The notes beneath the pieces are model-generated. The model was not told where the DNA came from, made no database searches, and worked only from the letters and a program-made list of their open reading frames with translations. A DNA stretch of 64,000 nucleotides from Octopus sinensis. Lineage: Eukaryota. The translations under genes were made by a program, and so were the position numbers. Positions within the stretch are counted from its first letter, which is position 1. Each line of letters opens with the position of its first letter. The stretch lies in NCBI RefSeq assembly GCF_006345805.1, contig NC_043013.1:48360001-48424000 (forward strand). The letters are read 5' to 3'. Below are positions 14,641-28,567 of the stretch, piece after piece.

Positions 14641-15067
14641 CAATCACTTTATCTACTCATTTCCTGCCAAAAGTATGCCCATACCTCTCACACCATTACT
14701 GAATCCTAACCAGAAGAATTTATAACTTTGTTTCTTGCTTGTCAGAAGTTTTTATAGGCTTCTCCTGCATATACATCCCTATACTTACGCATGCATAGGT
14801 ATAGGGATGTATATACATAAACGAAAACCTACTTCAAGATTTATATACCTTTGTCATTCATTTATCAATATTATGCTCTGCACTGACAGGCTGGATCATA
14901 TAAGAGTCTAGAGCACAGAGCATCAGACAATTCACTCCTCTTTACCACCAGATCTTACAAACACTGTGAAGTATAAGCACATTGAGTTCTAACAATTAGT
15001 TATTGGTACCACTATGGCTAGGCAGAATCGCGCATGTGTGTGTATTCCTGCAATATGAACTACAAAG

Positions 15068-15297
15068 GCGGCGAGCTGGCAGAGTCATTAGCACACCGGG
15101 CAAAATGCGTAGCCGTATTTCATCTGCCGTTACATTCTGAGTTCAAATTCCGCCGAGGTCGACTTTGCCTTTCCCCCTTTCGGGGTCGATAAATTAAGTA
15201 CCAGTTTCGCACTGGGGTTGATATAATAAACTTAATCCCTTTGTCTGTCCTTGTTTGTCCCCTTGATGTTTAGCCCGTTGTGGGCAATAAAGAAATA
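15068..15297 (+). mobile_element. tRNA-derived SINE family 2, full length
   Basis: GCGGCGAGCTGGCAGA head, GAGTTCAAATTCC B-box, 16-bp TSD AATATGAACTACAAAG (15052-67 and 15298-313). Confidence 0.9.
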
Positions 15298-15478
15298 AAT
15301 ATGAACTACAAAGCCTATATATTTTACTGCCAACTCTAACCATAAGATTGTGAGTGGAAAGTTCAAGTTGAACTTGAAATTTAAATAGGAACTTATGTAG
15401 AGAGAGAGTACATTATGAAAGAAACATATCAGTGATGCAGCTGTGAGAAACTCAGAGTTGAAATCAAAAAGCACTTCA

Positions 15479-15790
15479 CATCATCATCATCGTTTAGCGT
15501 CCGCTTTCCATGCTAGCATGGGTTGGACGGTTCAACTGGGGTCTGGGAAGCCAGAAGGCTGCACCAGGCCCAGTCTGATCTGGCTGTGTTTCTACAGCTG
15601 GATGCCCTTCCTAACGCTAACCACTCTGTGAGTGTAGTGGGTGCTTTTTACGTGCCACCGCCACAGGTGCCAGACGAGGCTGGCAAATGGCCACGATCGG
15701 ATGGTGCTTTTTACGTGCCACCGGCACGGAGGCCATGCGAGGCTGGCAACGGCCACGATCGGATGGTGCTTTTTACGTGCCACCGGCACA
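15479..15790 (-). mobile_element. RTE LINE 3'-end fragment
   Basis: Near-identical to 31975-32249; (CAT)n tail on the plus strand. Confidence 0.85.
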
Positions 15791-18424
15791 GTATTATGGT
15801 ATTATAGTATTACAGTATTATAGTTTTTAGGTGATGTCATAAATACCAGGTTTAAATGTTGCAAATGCACATGGAAATGCAGCAGAAGCAAATATTTTAA
15901 AAGTAGAAGGAAATGAACAACCACAGCCCATGGGGAAGCAAAGAAAGAACTAGGAAAAGAGAAGTGATGAAGGAAATATATAAAGCTATGTCGAAAATAA
16001 GTAAACTCATGAGAGCTAATAAAGTAACATAGGAAAATGCAAAGCAAAAACTTGATGAAATCTATAAACAAGGACTGAAAGCTCATCTTCAGGATGGAAT
16101 ACATATAATGGGAACCCCTGCAGAAAACTCACAACTTTCTCTTGCTTGAGCAACTCTGGATGAAATAATAGGGAGAAAGAAACCCAGCAGAAGATAACTA
16201 AAGGTAAATAATCCTAAAGACCAAATCAAAAATGGAAAGAGTAGCTGCTCTAATCTACTTGGATAGTCATCAAACATCAGAGACTAACGATTATTAATGG
16301 TGTAAGAGACATCTAACCTATAGAGACAAATGACTTTACCAAATAAGAACCAAAGAATTATGTATGTTGTGTATATATGTGTGTGTGTGTTCTGCAATTA
16401 TAAAAAAAAATATTCTAATTGCACTTGTGTACACACGTACACACAAATAGATGTATCATGTTTATATATTCTTGGTGTTACAATTGAATGTTGTTTCACA
16501 TTTAAAACTGAAAAATATGACTTCCGTTTATATAATATGAACATACATTCTGATGAAAGTATTGAAAAGAATATTTAGAATACGATGATTCCAGTATTAA
16601 AGTTTTGAGAGATAAAATAGCAAGAAATAAATATGAAACGAGAAACATTTATTTAAACAAAATAAATTACCAACAAACGTGTATGCGTAGTAAAGTGTAA
16701 GGTACATATTTTAATATATTTACTTATGAAATTTTTGCAATCATTTCTCACTTTCTGTTTGAAAATTCATGGTGAAAAGCAACAAGTGTTTCATGATTTG
16801 CTTCCTGTTATTTTCAAGGCTAGTAAACCTACATCAATAACAACAATCATTGAAGTCAACAAAAAAAAGTATTGATGCGAAATAAAATGCAGCCAAAATG
16901 AAAAATCGTTTTATTAATATCGTTATCAAGAAAGTAATATTATTCCTACTGTTAGCACTGAACCAAATTTTATAATTTTAAACTCATTTGATAGAGGAAA
17001 AAATGAACTATTCAAAACATTACACCTTGTCATCTAGCTAAATCCAAAACAGAAACTGTTACATTATACATTTCTTTGTTTTTCTTAGATTCCTGAGTCT
17101 GTAATTTCTTTTCTTTCATTCTATTGTTTATTACTTCTCAACATGTCACTAAAACTAGAAATCAATACAATTTTTAACACTAGGTGTCTTCTATAATTTT
17201 ATTTAGTTTTCGAAATCCAAGGAATGAAGGAAATCATTTTGCCCCAATCAGAGAGGAATTAAGAAAGTAAATGAGGGTTGTAATATTAAGGAATAAAATA
17301 ATTAAAACAAAAGAGAATGAATAGATAGTTGATACTCAAATATGGAAGGAAAAAAAATAACAGCAATATAGAATAAACAACTTAAAAAGGAAAAAGGTAG
17401 CTAGTTTTGAGGTTTTACAAAAAGAAAAAAAATAATAGCGAAAGACATTAGAAGAGATGCTAACAACAAAAAGAGGTAAAATCTCACAAAAACAAGGAAA
17501 CATTTTAAAATATTACAAAATTGCCCAGTGAGATTGCAAGGTAAATTCAATATCAAAGTTGAAAAGTTAAATACAATTTGTGAGAGAGAAAAAATGTTAA
17601 TAATCCTAGTGCAGCAAAATGTAGTTTAAATAGCATGAGAATTTCACTCCAATCATTTAGGAGTTATTCTACAATTATTCTAGTACTATGGTAACCATAT
17701 GTAACACTGCAAGAAAAAACACTAATAAAGAAATTTAATGAACATATTCAGTATCTTAACAGGTTTTGTTTTTGTTTTTGATTTTCTTTTGTACTTAACA
17801 TATTTATGTTTGAAATAATAAAGTGTGTATGTGTAAATATGTGGGGTGTGAGTGAGTGTTGGCATACACATGCATGGGTTAGTGGTCAGAAGATAAACTT
17901 TGAAAATCATTCTTTTAATGAAAGAAATAAATTTTTTAAAAAAGCAGAAGTTAGTTTAATTGGTTTCAGGAACAATTATTACTGCTACACTGACATACAG
18001 AGACAGATTTCAAACAAATAAAATGCTACAAAAATCAAAGGATTTGCCAGAAATTAGAATCTATTTCTATTTCTAAATGATGTCAAATTACTAAGCTTCT
18101 TTCATTACACAAAAGAAAAAAGAGATAAAATTGTCTAGATTGAATATTCTAAACTAAAATATTGTCCTACTTAAAAGCAAACAGTGAGATATGTAAAATA
18201 TCTCTTACTATATCTTCTTCACCTGCTAACTCTTGCTCTACCTTACCGACTCTCTGTGAGATGATACTCCTAGTGGACCAGTTCTTGTCAAGAATTAAAC
18301 CCAATGCATATCAACAATATGCCATTTTGGTCAACCTCACAATCAGGTATGCAATCTTTGATTGCAGCCAAATCAAGTCCCTCTTTTATGCCAAGAACCA
18401 TTTTTTTACTTCTGAGTGTAAAGT

Positions 18425-18653
18425 TTAACCCTTTTGTTTCTAACCCGGCCAAAACCAGCTCTGGCTCTGTGGTAAAAATGTCTTGTTTTCATAAGTTTTG
18501 AATTAAAATCTTTCACCAAATTTTAGTCACAATTTATGTTCCTAACACTAGCTGAATGATAAAGAAGTTATTTTACTAAATTCTTTGTTATATTTAAAAT
18601 AATTGAAAGAAACACAGAGCATCTCAAAATAAATACAGTAACGAAAGGGTTAA
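18425..18653. mobile_element. piggyBac-type MITE (family B-like)
   Basis: TTAA-CCCTTT...AAAGGG-TTAA. Confidence 0.85.
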
Positions 18654-18876
18654 AGGATATTTCAGAAGATAAGTAGTGTTGTCAACAATGTAAAAAAAAA
18701 AAACCAGAATTGTTCCTCATTTCGCAAGAATCAGGGGGAAAACACAAGATGATGCTCTCACACAAACACACAACTCTTTCTGTCTTTCATGTCCTATAAC
18801 ACATGCAGAAGCATAACTAGTGGAAGGACATCTCACATAAACTCATACAAATTACTCACATAAATGCATATATACA

Positions 18877-19135
18877 TCATTCATCATCATCGTTTAACCC
18901 TTTCGTTAAAGTAATTGAAAGAAACCCAGAGCATCTCAAAATAAATACAGTAACGAAAGGGTTAACGTCCGCTTTCCATGCTAGCATGGGTTGGACGGTT
19001 CAACTGGGGTCTGGGAAGCCAGGAGGCTGCACCAGGCCCAGTCTGATCTGGCAGTGTTTCTACAGCTGGATGCCCTTCCTAACGCCAACCACTCCGTGAG
19101 TGTAGTGAGTGCTTTTTATGTGCCACTGGCACAGG
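18877..19135 (-). mobile_element. RTE 3'-end fragment interrupted by a 64-bp MITE
   Basis: TSD TGCATATATACA (18865-76 and 19136-47); MITE at 18898-18961 between TTAA copies. Confidence 0.85.
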
Positions 19136-21046
19136 TGCATATATACAGTCACAGTATTTTTTAACTAAGTATATGTATGATGATAAATTTGAATTTATAC
19201 ATATTGTTGTTGTTATCCTTATTTGTTATATTTCATTACACATTTTCTGAGCCCGTTATGATCCCAGTTATTTTTATAAAATAATTTTGTTATTGGAATG
19301 CCTTTCTTTTCTCCTTTGTCATTTTTGTTCATCTTTATTTGCTTGGCCACCATTTAACACTAATGATATTTCATTAATAACACATTACACTTTGTTGTAA
19401 ACCAACATCTTCACTGCTTCATAAACAAGCTGAGATTGAAGTATTGTGAAGAAACTTTGCTTCAGAAAAGATGTTTTATTTGTGGAGCAATGTTAAAATA
19501 TCATGCCTTCCTTCTCACCTAATTTTTAAATTGAGAGCATTGAATTTCAACTCGTATAATCTGTTTTCATGTGACATCACCAAAAACAGCAAATACAATC
19601 TGAAGTTTAAAGGGGGAAAAAAGCAAAAAGGAAATCCACAAATGGGGCTAATAGATTGGTAGAAATAATCCCTTCACATGCAACAAAACAATACAGGAAA
19701 GTACACAAATAAAATATGTGATGCTATAGGAATAGCAGGTAAATAGCTGATAAAATAATCCTTAATGCAGGTTATTAAAACTTGATAAAGGGGTTGGTAT
19801 TAGAAAGGGTATTATTTAGCTATAACCACAGCTGTTGCAAAGATGTAAAATTACAAAAATAAATTAACCAAAAACCAGGAGACCGCAATCAAATTCAAAA
19901 TAAAATTGCAAATGTGATCTGATTTGCCAACTTGAAAATTTAAAAAAATGAATTAAGGTTTTTATCAAAAAGCTAGTTAACTCAAGTGTGTTTGAATGAA
20001 AAAAAAAGGATGAGCGCCAACACAATAATTTGAACAAAATGTAATGGTGTTGTTTTGAAGCTATTTTAATCTATAGATATTTTAAATTAATATTGAATTA
20101 CAGAGATAAACATATAAACTGATGAAACTCATTGCAAAGCATTGTGATAAATTTTAATTAAAATTGAAACCTAAAGGAAAATTTGAATAATAATTATTTT
20201 GATGTATAACAGATATACTGAAATAACATTAATTAACTGCAAAAGTAAAATTATGTCTGTTGAAATGCAACTTGATGATGAAATTTTATAATTACTGCTG
20301 TTTCTTCTTCCCTCTCTCTCCTGATCATCAATTATACCAATTGACCCAACCTTTTAGTAGCAACCAGTTATCTCCATTACATCAGTAGATAGTAGATAAG
20401 GAATTTTGTCATTTGTAATTGTAAAATGAAAAATGATTAGATTTTCTTCCGAGCTCTCTCAAGTCAGGGCCAGGAAAAGAAAAGAGAAATGGTGTTCTAG
20501 AATAAAAACAAGTGATTGAAACTACAAAGAAAAGGAAAGAAAATAAAGCACCTTTATGTAACTAATGAGTACTTGGACCGGTTTCACTTTAAAGTGAGTG
20601 CAAAATATGCACCATCATGAACAATAAAGAAAAATTTATTTAAAATTAGAAAAATGTCAGCAACAAAATAAAACAAATGTATATTACTTAAAAATGGAAA
20701 TTATGAGTATTCCAAAAATAAATAATCAAAGAAAGGATGTCAATAATAACATTAAAAAAAAATACATAATTATTGGAATCAGAAATCTATTAATTAACAA
20801 TTCCATATTTTTTAAGAATTGTTTAAATCTCAAATTGTCATGTTCATGATATTTCTTTTCCAAAGAAAAATTATACTAAAACATTATGTCAATTCATTAT
20901 TTGAAATGAATATTAATGGATTGGTTATTCAATCAATGCATTATCTTCAGAGCTAAATCACATAGCTGACAAAGTTGTCTGTAGTATTATTTCTCTCGCT
21001 TGTTTTCTTTACAAACCCATAATCACTAAATGTAACTTTTGGTTAT

Positions 21047-21274
21047 TTAACCCTTTAGCATTTAAATCGGCCATATCCGGCCAAAAGTATTCTGCCTGTT
21101 CTATGTTCAAACTAGCCCTATCTGATCTCTCACACCAACCCTACAATATTGTTTTAAAAATTAACAGCTACCTCATCAAAATCTCATAGCTACAAGATAA
21201 TGCATGATTAGTTCAAACCAATGTGGATAAAAAGCATTAATTTTGGCAGAATAATGCGAACACTAAAGGGTTAA
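21047..21274. mobile_element. piggyBac-type MITE family A
   Basis: TTAA TSD and CCCTTTAG TIR. Confidence 0.9.
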
Positions 21275-21568
21275 AAACAAAAAAAGCATAGTCAAAGAGC
21301 ACCCCGACCAAAGTTGAGAGCTGTACCCTTCAGTTAGCTTCAGTTTCTGAGAACATCCTCTTAGATATACTATTGTGAAAAGTAACTTGTCTCTCAGCTT
21401 AAAGCAGTAGCAATCATAAATCTTTTGATTACTCCAATAGCTCTCTCACATCCAGTATTCCCAAGTCTTTTCCCTCACTGCAACTTTTTATTCTATTATT
21501 GAAAGTTTTATGTCTTTGGAATAACAACAATATTTTGGTTCTTTTGTTTGTTTTTATATAATACATAT

Positions 21569-21978
21569 AGGCGTAGGAGTGACTGTGTGGTAAGTAGCTT
21601 GTTTACGAACCACATGGTTCCAGGTTCAGTCCTACTGCGTGGCACCATGGGCAAGTGTCTTTTACTATAGCCTCAGGCTGACCAAAGCCTTGTGAGTGGA
21701 TTTGGTAGATGGAAACTGAAAGAAGCCTGTCGTATGTATGTATGCATATATATATATATATGTATGTATGTGTGTGTATATGTTTGTGTGTCTGTGTTTG
21801 TCCCCCCAACATCGCTTGACAACCGATGGTGGTGTGCTTACATCCCTGTAACTTAGCAGTTCGGTAAAAGAAACCGATAGAATAAGTACTAGGCATCCAA
21901 AGCATAAGTCCTGGGGTCAATCTGCTCGACTAAAGGTGGTGCTCCAGCATGGCCACAGTCAAATGACTGAAACAAAAA
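21569..21978 (+). mobile_element. SINE family 1, full length
   Basis: GGCGTAGGAGTGACTGTGTGGTAAG head to TGACTGAAACAA tail. Confidence 0.9.
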
Positions 21979-22413
21979 GTGTAAGGAGTATACCTTTGTG
22001 TTGCTATATTTTGCTTTACCATTTTTCCTTTGATTTGTTCAAAGCCGTTCCCTATGGCTATGCTGGGATACCACCAACATACATACAACTAAAACAAAGG
22101 TATGTACTACATTTGTACTCATTCAGAAATACACTTACCCGTGCTGGCTAACAGTGAGGATCGGTGACTAATTGCTGCTCATATACCTGGTTTGTTCAGC
22201 ATAAAGAAAGGCAGATTACTGCGACTACACAAGCTGACAAGGCAGTGGATAACAAACAACCCACTATATTGCTGACCATCATGGTCACCAATTAAAAGTG
22301 ACGAATGAAACATATATTGTACCCATTTAAAAGCGAGAGTAATCAATGTATTAGTTAGCTACATAAATCGTTTAATTCTTCTGCAGCTGGAATTACTTAT
22401 TTTTATTCAAATA

Positions 22414-22713
22414 CTAGCAGTATCGCCCAGCGTTGCTCGGGTTTGTAAGGGAAATAACTATATAAGCATTTTTAGAGAGTTACTTCCCTTATATAATAGC
22501 AAAAAAATGCTAAAAATGGGAAAAAATTATGGTAAATTTTTTTTTTAATCGTAGACTCATCGTAGACGCGCGCTAATACCCAGAAGGGCTCGATATGAAT
22601 CACGACTATAAGATACCCACTTTTGGTTAAACTGCACCGCAAAATGTGGGAGTAGTTAGGAATCTAAATCGTAGGAGACAGACAGCACACAACTTCACTT
22701 TTATATATAAAGA
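22414..22713 (-). mobile_element. Non-autonomous Helitron
   Basis: Minus strand A|TC...hairpin CCCGAGCAACGCTGGG...CTAG|T, with no TSD. Confidence 0.8.
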
Positions 22714-23045
22714 TATCATTCCTCTCTTCATTATCTAGTTTTCACTAGAACAAGCATGAGAGAAAATAATTTCAGTAATTTGGAATAATTTCAATAATTA
22801 TAAAAGCTCACAATATCCTTATATCCTTATATGCTATCAACAGTTAATCTAATGCATGCGATTAGTGGATGTGATCATAATCAACCAGGTTGGGGATTCT
22901 TCAAATCTTTCTTCCACTTAACATCACTTACAGATTCTACAAGACAAATTCACTGATAAGCTTTCATCTTATTTCATAGGTGATCTCTGTCTTTTACAAA
23001 CTTTGGCAAAAACAGAGATCAACCATGACATAAATATGGTAAAAT

Positions 23046-23296
23046 ATAAAGAGATCTTGTTAGATATGACATTATTTGACAGTACATTATTTGACAGTAT
23101 TATGACATTATTTGACAGTATTATGACATTATTTGACAGTATTAAGACATTATTTGACAGTATTAAAGAGATCTTGTTAGATGTGATATAATTTGACAGT
23201 ACATTATTTGACAGTATTAAACATTATTTGACAGTATTATGACATTATTTGACAGTATTAAAGAGATCTTGTTAGGTATGACATTATTTGACAGTA
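23046..23296. repeat. Minisatellite with ACATTATTTGACAGTA core
   Basis: About 10 copies of the core in mostly 21-bp units, with three AAAGAGATCTTGTTAG interruptions. Confidence 0.9.
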
Positions 23297-24187
23297 CCAA
23301 AGGATGGGCAAGACACCAGAGTAATTTAGACATGTTGGAAGCCTTGAGCTACTGTGGATAACAAACTGCGGAATGATCATATTAAACAAACTTGTTGTTG
23401 CAAACCAGCCATTTGTATATGAATTCAGAAACAGGAGTTGCATTGTTGAGTTCATGTCAATCACATGAATCCGTTAAGATTTCTTAACAAACCACTCACA
23501 CATTCCTGGCCATAAGAATGGAAAGGGCAAAAAAGAAAATCACCATAAAGAGCTGGCTAAGAATTATTCAGAAAAAGAGATAATCATCAATGTAAAGGCG
23601 GTGCTCCAGCAAGTAAAAGAATAAAAGAATGATACGGAAGATCAAGCAAATGCATACAGTAGATGAGAAAGAAACTGTCCAGGAGTATTGGGTATCAAAA
23701 AAAAGGGGGAGGGGGGCTGGTCAAGGGAACATACTAAGATCACTTCTTTTGGAAAGTATTTATGAAGACGACGATGGTGGTATTTCATCTGTCTTTACAT
23801 AATGAGTTCAAATCCTGCTGAGGTCAACTTTGCCATTATCCTTTCAGTTTTTGATAAAATAAGTACCAGTTAAACACTGGGATCAACTGTAATCAATTTA
23901 CCCCCTTCTCCTGAATTTACAGGCCTTGTGCCAAAATTTGAAAAGGTTACCCATTGGTTGAACTGAAATCTAAAACATTTCTTTGCAAGATATTCCATAG
24001 CATCATGTGCTCAGAAAAACCCTGTGGTAATTTTAGTGACTTTCTCTCACTTTTGAGTATATAGGTACTCAAGTAATGAGACCACATCAGATTTGCTGGT
24101 ATCTGATACACGCACACACAAACATTCACTCTTTCTTCTACAGGTAAATATGTAACAGCCTTTTACATATCACAAGGCCTGATAAAT

Positions 24188-24440
24188 AAGTTAAGTTAAG
24201 TTAATTTTTTGGCTCAAAAAGCAAAAAGCAAGGCCATGTAGGGGGGCATGGAGTTATGTACAGGGTGGTGTTCATGCAAAGAGTTCAGGCCATTTCTGGT
24301 CAAGGGAGACTTTGAACCGAGTGGTCGTCAGCATCTTCACTATCTCATCTGGCAGCTTATTCCACGGATCCGCAACCCGGACGGAGAAAGCCCCTCTCCT
24401 TCGATTGAGATGAAATCGTCGCAGATGAAGGATTGCATCA
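24188..24440 (-). mobile_element. CR1/L2-group LINE 3' end with (TTAAC)n tail
   Basis: RRFHLNRRRGAFSVRVADPWNKLPDEIV...FKVSLD peptide followed by a pentamer tail. Confidence 0.8.
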
Positions 24441-25614
24441 GATCCAATACACCCCCCACCTCTCCCAACCTTCACTCACACCTTCTTTTACCAGTAAATT
24501 CCTCTATACACCTAATCACATCTACCACACTCTTACCACTCTCCATCCTTTGTTCTCTCTTCTCTCCCCATCACTGTCCCTCTCTCATCACACTCCACCA
24601 TTACTGTCTTTTCCGTTAATTCTAACACGGGGTGTCTTTACTCCGCCTTTGTCTTTGAGCACTTGCCTTCCTCCCCACCTCCCACCCCATCATCCTAATT
24701 ATCTTTCTGGAAACATCCTATCCTGCTACTAAAGTCTATCTGTCACATTGGGCCACAGGAACAAGAACAATCAAAGCAGTTTTGTAAGTTACAAAGCAAC
24801 ATCGCTAGTGTTGGTGCTGCAATAAAATGTAGCCAGTACACTCTGCGAAGTGATTGGTAAACAAATGAAGATGATGTAAAATATAAAAAGAAAAAACCCT
24901 TCATCTTCAGGTGCTTAGGACATGACAATCACTCAAGCACTAATACCAGACAATGTAGGGTTAGGTGGACCCAAAGACTTTCCTTATTCAGGATATGACA
25001 GACAGTGATAATTTTTTTACCCAATACATACTGCAAAGGGACGGTGTTAGAAAAGACATCCAATAATAAAAATTAAGCCAAAATTTACATATTAGAGCAA
25101 CAAGATCCCTTGACCCAAAATTGAACACTTTTTTTTTTAATAATTTACCTATTAATTATTTATGACACCAGGTAGCCTAAACTGTGCCAGTGTTCTGCTC
25201 AGCACATCAGCACACTAATTGACATATACTCATTAGTCCAAAATATTACATGTGTGTGTGTGTGCTTGTCCCCCACCAGCACTCGACAAGCAGTGTTGAT
25301 GTATTTACATCCCCGTAACTTAACAGTTTGGTAAAAGAGATCAATAGAATAAGCACCAGGCTTTGAAAAATAAGTCCTGGGGTCAATTCATTTGACAAAA
25401 AACCTTCAAAGCAGTGCCCCAGCATGGCCACAGTTAAAAATGACTGAAACAAGTAAAAGATAAAAGATATAATTAATTTTTTATCAATATTTTATTTATT
25501 CTTTAATTATTCATTATTTTTATCCTTTCGACCATATTCTTCATACTCATCATCATCTTCAATACTGTCTTTCCCTCCCTCCTTCATCATCATCTTTTCT
25601 TCCTCTCCATTTTG

Positions 25615-25647
<33 letters not shown>

Positions 25648-25809
25648 TTGACACTTTGCGTGTCTTCCACAAGTTCAAAATAATCATCTCAATCTACTTC
25701 ATTTTGGTAATATTTAAGGATTGAGGTTACTCCTCCAGAAAGTAAAGAAACAATAAGAAGAGTGTCGAAATATTGGTCATCTGATAACAGCCATATTCTT
25801 CTTATTGTT

Positions 25810-25843
<34 letters not shown>

Positions 25844-26099
25844 TACTACTACTACTATTATTATTATTGTAGTAGTAGTAACAGTAGTAGGAGGAGGAGG
25901 AGGAGCGAGTTGGCAGAACTATTAGCATGCCAAACAAAATGCTTAGTTCTGAGTTCAAATTCCACCAAGGTCAATTTTGTCTTTCACTCTTTTGGGGTCA
26001 TAAAATAAGTACCAGCTGAGCACTGGAGTTGATGTAATCGACTAGCCCTCCCACCAAAATATCAGGCTTGCTGCCTATAGTAGAAAGGATTATTATTAT

Positions 26100-26138
<39 letters not shown>

Positions 26139-26686
26139 AACTACAACAACAATGTAGCAGCAAGCTGATAAAATAAGCCAAACAAAATGCTCAGCAGTAT
26201 TTCTTCCAGTTTTTTACATTCTGGGTTCAAATTCTGTTGAGGTCAACTTTGTCTCAGTGTTGACAAAATAAGTACCAGTTAGCTGAACACTGAGGTCAGT
26301 GTAATTGACTTACATGCATCTCTTAAAAATGTTGGGCTTATGCCAAAATTCAAAATTACTACTACTACTATTATAATTATTATTATATTATTATTATTAT
26401 TATTATTATTACTACTACTACTACTACTATTATTATTGTAGTAGTAGTAGTAACAGTAGTAGGAGGAGGAGGAGGAGCGAGTTGGCAGAACTATTAGCAT
26501 GCCAAACAAAATGCTTAGTGTCATTACTTCTAGTTCTGAGTTCAAATTCCACCAAGGTCAATTTTGTCTTTCACTCTTTTGGGGTCATAAAATAAGTACC
26601 AGCTGAGCACTGGAGTTGATGTAATCGACTAGCCCTCCCACCAAAATATCAGGCTTGCTGCCTATAGTAGAAAGGATTATTATTAT

Positions 26687-26725
<39 letters not shown>

Positions 26726-26963
26726 AACTACAACAACAATTGTAGCAGCAAGCTGATAAAATAAGCCAAACAAAATGCTCAGCAGTATTTCTTCCAGTTT
26801 TTTACATTCTGGGTTCAAATTCTGTTGAGGTCAACTTTGTCTCAGTGTTGACAAAATAAGTACCAGTTAGCTGAACACTGAGGTCAGTGTAATTGACTTA
26901 CATGCATCTCTTAAAAATGTTGGGCTTATGCCAAAATTCAAAATTACTACTACTACTATTATA

Positions 26964-26996
<33 letters not shown>
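25810..26996 (+). repeat. Tandem duplication (about 585-bp period) of two SINE family 2 copies with trinucleotide microsatellites
   Basis: 25869-26370 is essentially identical to 26438-26960. Confidence 0.9.
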
Positions 26997-26998
<2 letters not shown>

Positions 26999-27665
26999 AG
27001 GGTGTGAGCTGGCAGAATCATCAGCATGCCAGACAAAATGCTTGGTGGCATTTCATCCGTCTTTACATTCTGAGTTCAAATTCCACCAGGGTCCACTCTG
27101 CCTTTCGTCCATCTTTTCAAGGTTGATAAAATAAGTACCTATTTCTTTACTACCCGCAAGGGGCTAAACACAGAGAGGACAAACAAGGACAAACAGATTA
27201 AGTCGATTATATCGACCCCAGTGCATAACTGGTACTTATTTAATCGACCTTGGCGGAATTTGAACTCAGAACGTAGCGGCAGACGAAATACCTATTTCTT
27301 TACTACCCACAAGGGGCTAAACACAGAGAGGACAAACAAGGACATACAAACGAATTATGTCGATGATATCGACCCCAGTGCGTAACTGGTACTTAATTTA
27401 TCGATCCCGAAAGGATAAAAGGCAAAGTCGACCTCGGCAAAATTTGAACTCAGAACATAGCGGCAGACGAAATACAGCTACGCATTTCGACCGGTGCTCT
27501 AACGTTTCTGCCAGCTCGCATACAACTAAGCATTTCGCCCGGCATACTAACGATTCTGCCAGCTCACCGCCTTATGATAAAGTAAGTACCAGTTGAACAC
27601 AGGGGTTGATATAATCAACTCAGCCCCTCACCCAAACCTGCTGGCCATGTGCCAAAATTTGAAAT
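26997..27665. mobile_element. SINE family 2 with nested antisense SINE family 2 multimer
   Basis: Plus copy breaks at GATAAAATAAGTACC (about 27139) and resumes at about 27576; minus-strand partial copies lie between. Confidence 0.75.
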
Positions 27666-28033
27666 TATTATTATTATTATTTACCAACTGTCTTGTTACT
27701 TTTCTTTTTCTTCTATTTACTTATTTATTTACTAAAATAATAACAGAATTTATACCTTAACCCTTTAGCATTCAGATTATTCTGTCAAATGTAATGCTTA
27801 TATAGCCATATTGTTCTGAATTAAACATTCATTACCTTCTAGCTTAATTATTTTTAAAATTACATTGTAGGGTAGGTGTGAGAGGTAGGGTCTGGTTAGT
27901 TTGAAAATAAGACAGGTTGAATATTGTGGTCAGACATGATAGAAGGGTTAGGGTTATTAGTACTATTTTTACAATGACTTCTGCTACTACTATCACTACT
28001 ACTGTTTTTGAGTGATTTTATATATATATATAT

Positions 28034-28268
28034 AGGTGCAGGTATGGTTGTGTGGTAAGAAGCTTGCTTCCCAATCACATAGTTGTGGGTTCAGTCCCAC
28101 TGTGTGGCACCTTGGGCAAGTGTCATTTACTATAGCCTTGGGTTGACCAAAGCCTTGTGAGTGGATTTGGTAGACAGAAACTGAAAGAAGCTAGTAGTGA
28201 GTGTACGTGTGTGTGTATCATCATCATCATCGTTTAACATCTATTTTCCATGCTAGCATAGGTTGGAA

Positions 28269-28328
<60 letters not shown>

Positions 28329-28567
28329 AGATATATGTATAGATAGATAGATAGATAGATATTTATATGTGTGTACCTTTGTGTCTGTTTGTGGCCCCAC
28401 CATTGTTTGACAACCAATGTTGATGTGTTTATATCCCTGCAACTTAGCAGTTCAGCAAAAGAGACCAATAGAATAAATACTAGGCTTACAAATTTCTTTG
28501 ACTAAAAATCCTTTAAGGTGGTGCTCCAGCATGGTTGCAGTTAAAATGACTGAAACAAGTAAAAGAA
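28034..28567 (+). mobile_element. SINE family 1 with an RTE tail inserted in its microsatellite
   Basis: Both SINE halves are present; the RTE terminal fragment is at about 28218-28268. Confidence 0.8.

Noticed and set aside
15443-15823. Recurrent MDGSTGVWEARRLHQ ORF family (also at 32.0, 38.4, 44.2 and 56.4 kb)
   Set aside because: Chance frames in the non-coding RTE 3'UTR, open on both strands with inconsistent ends.
23003-23296. CRISPR-like array or repeat ORF (MTLFDSI)n
   Set aside because: No unique spacers, eukaryotic context and no cas genes; it is a minisatellite.
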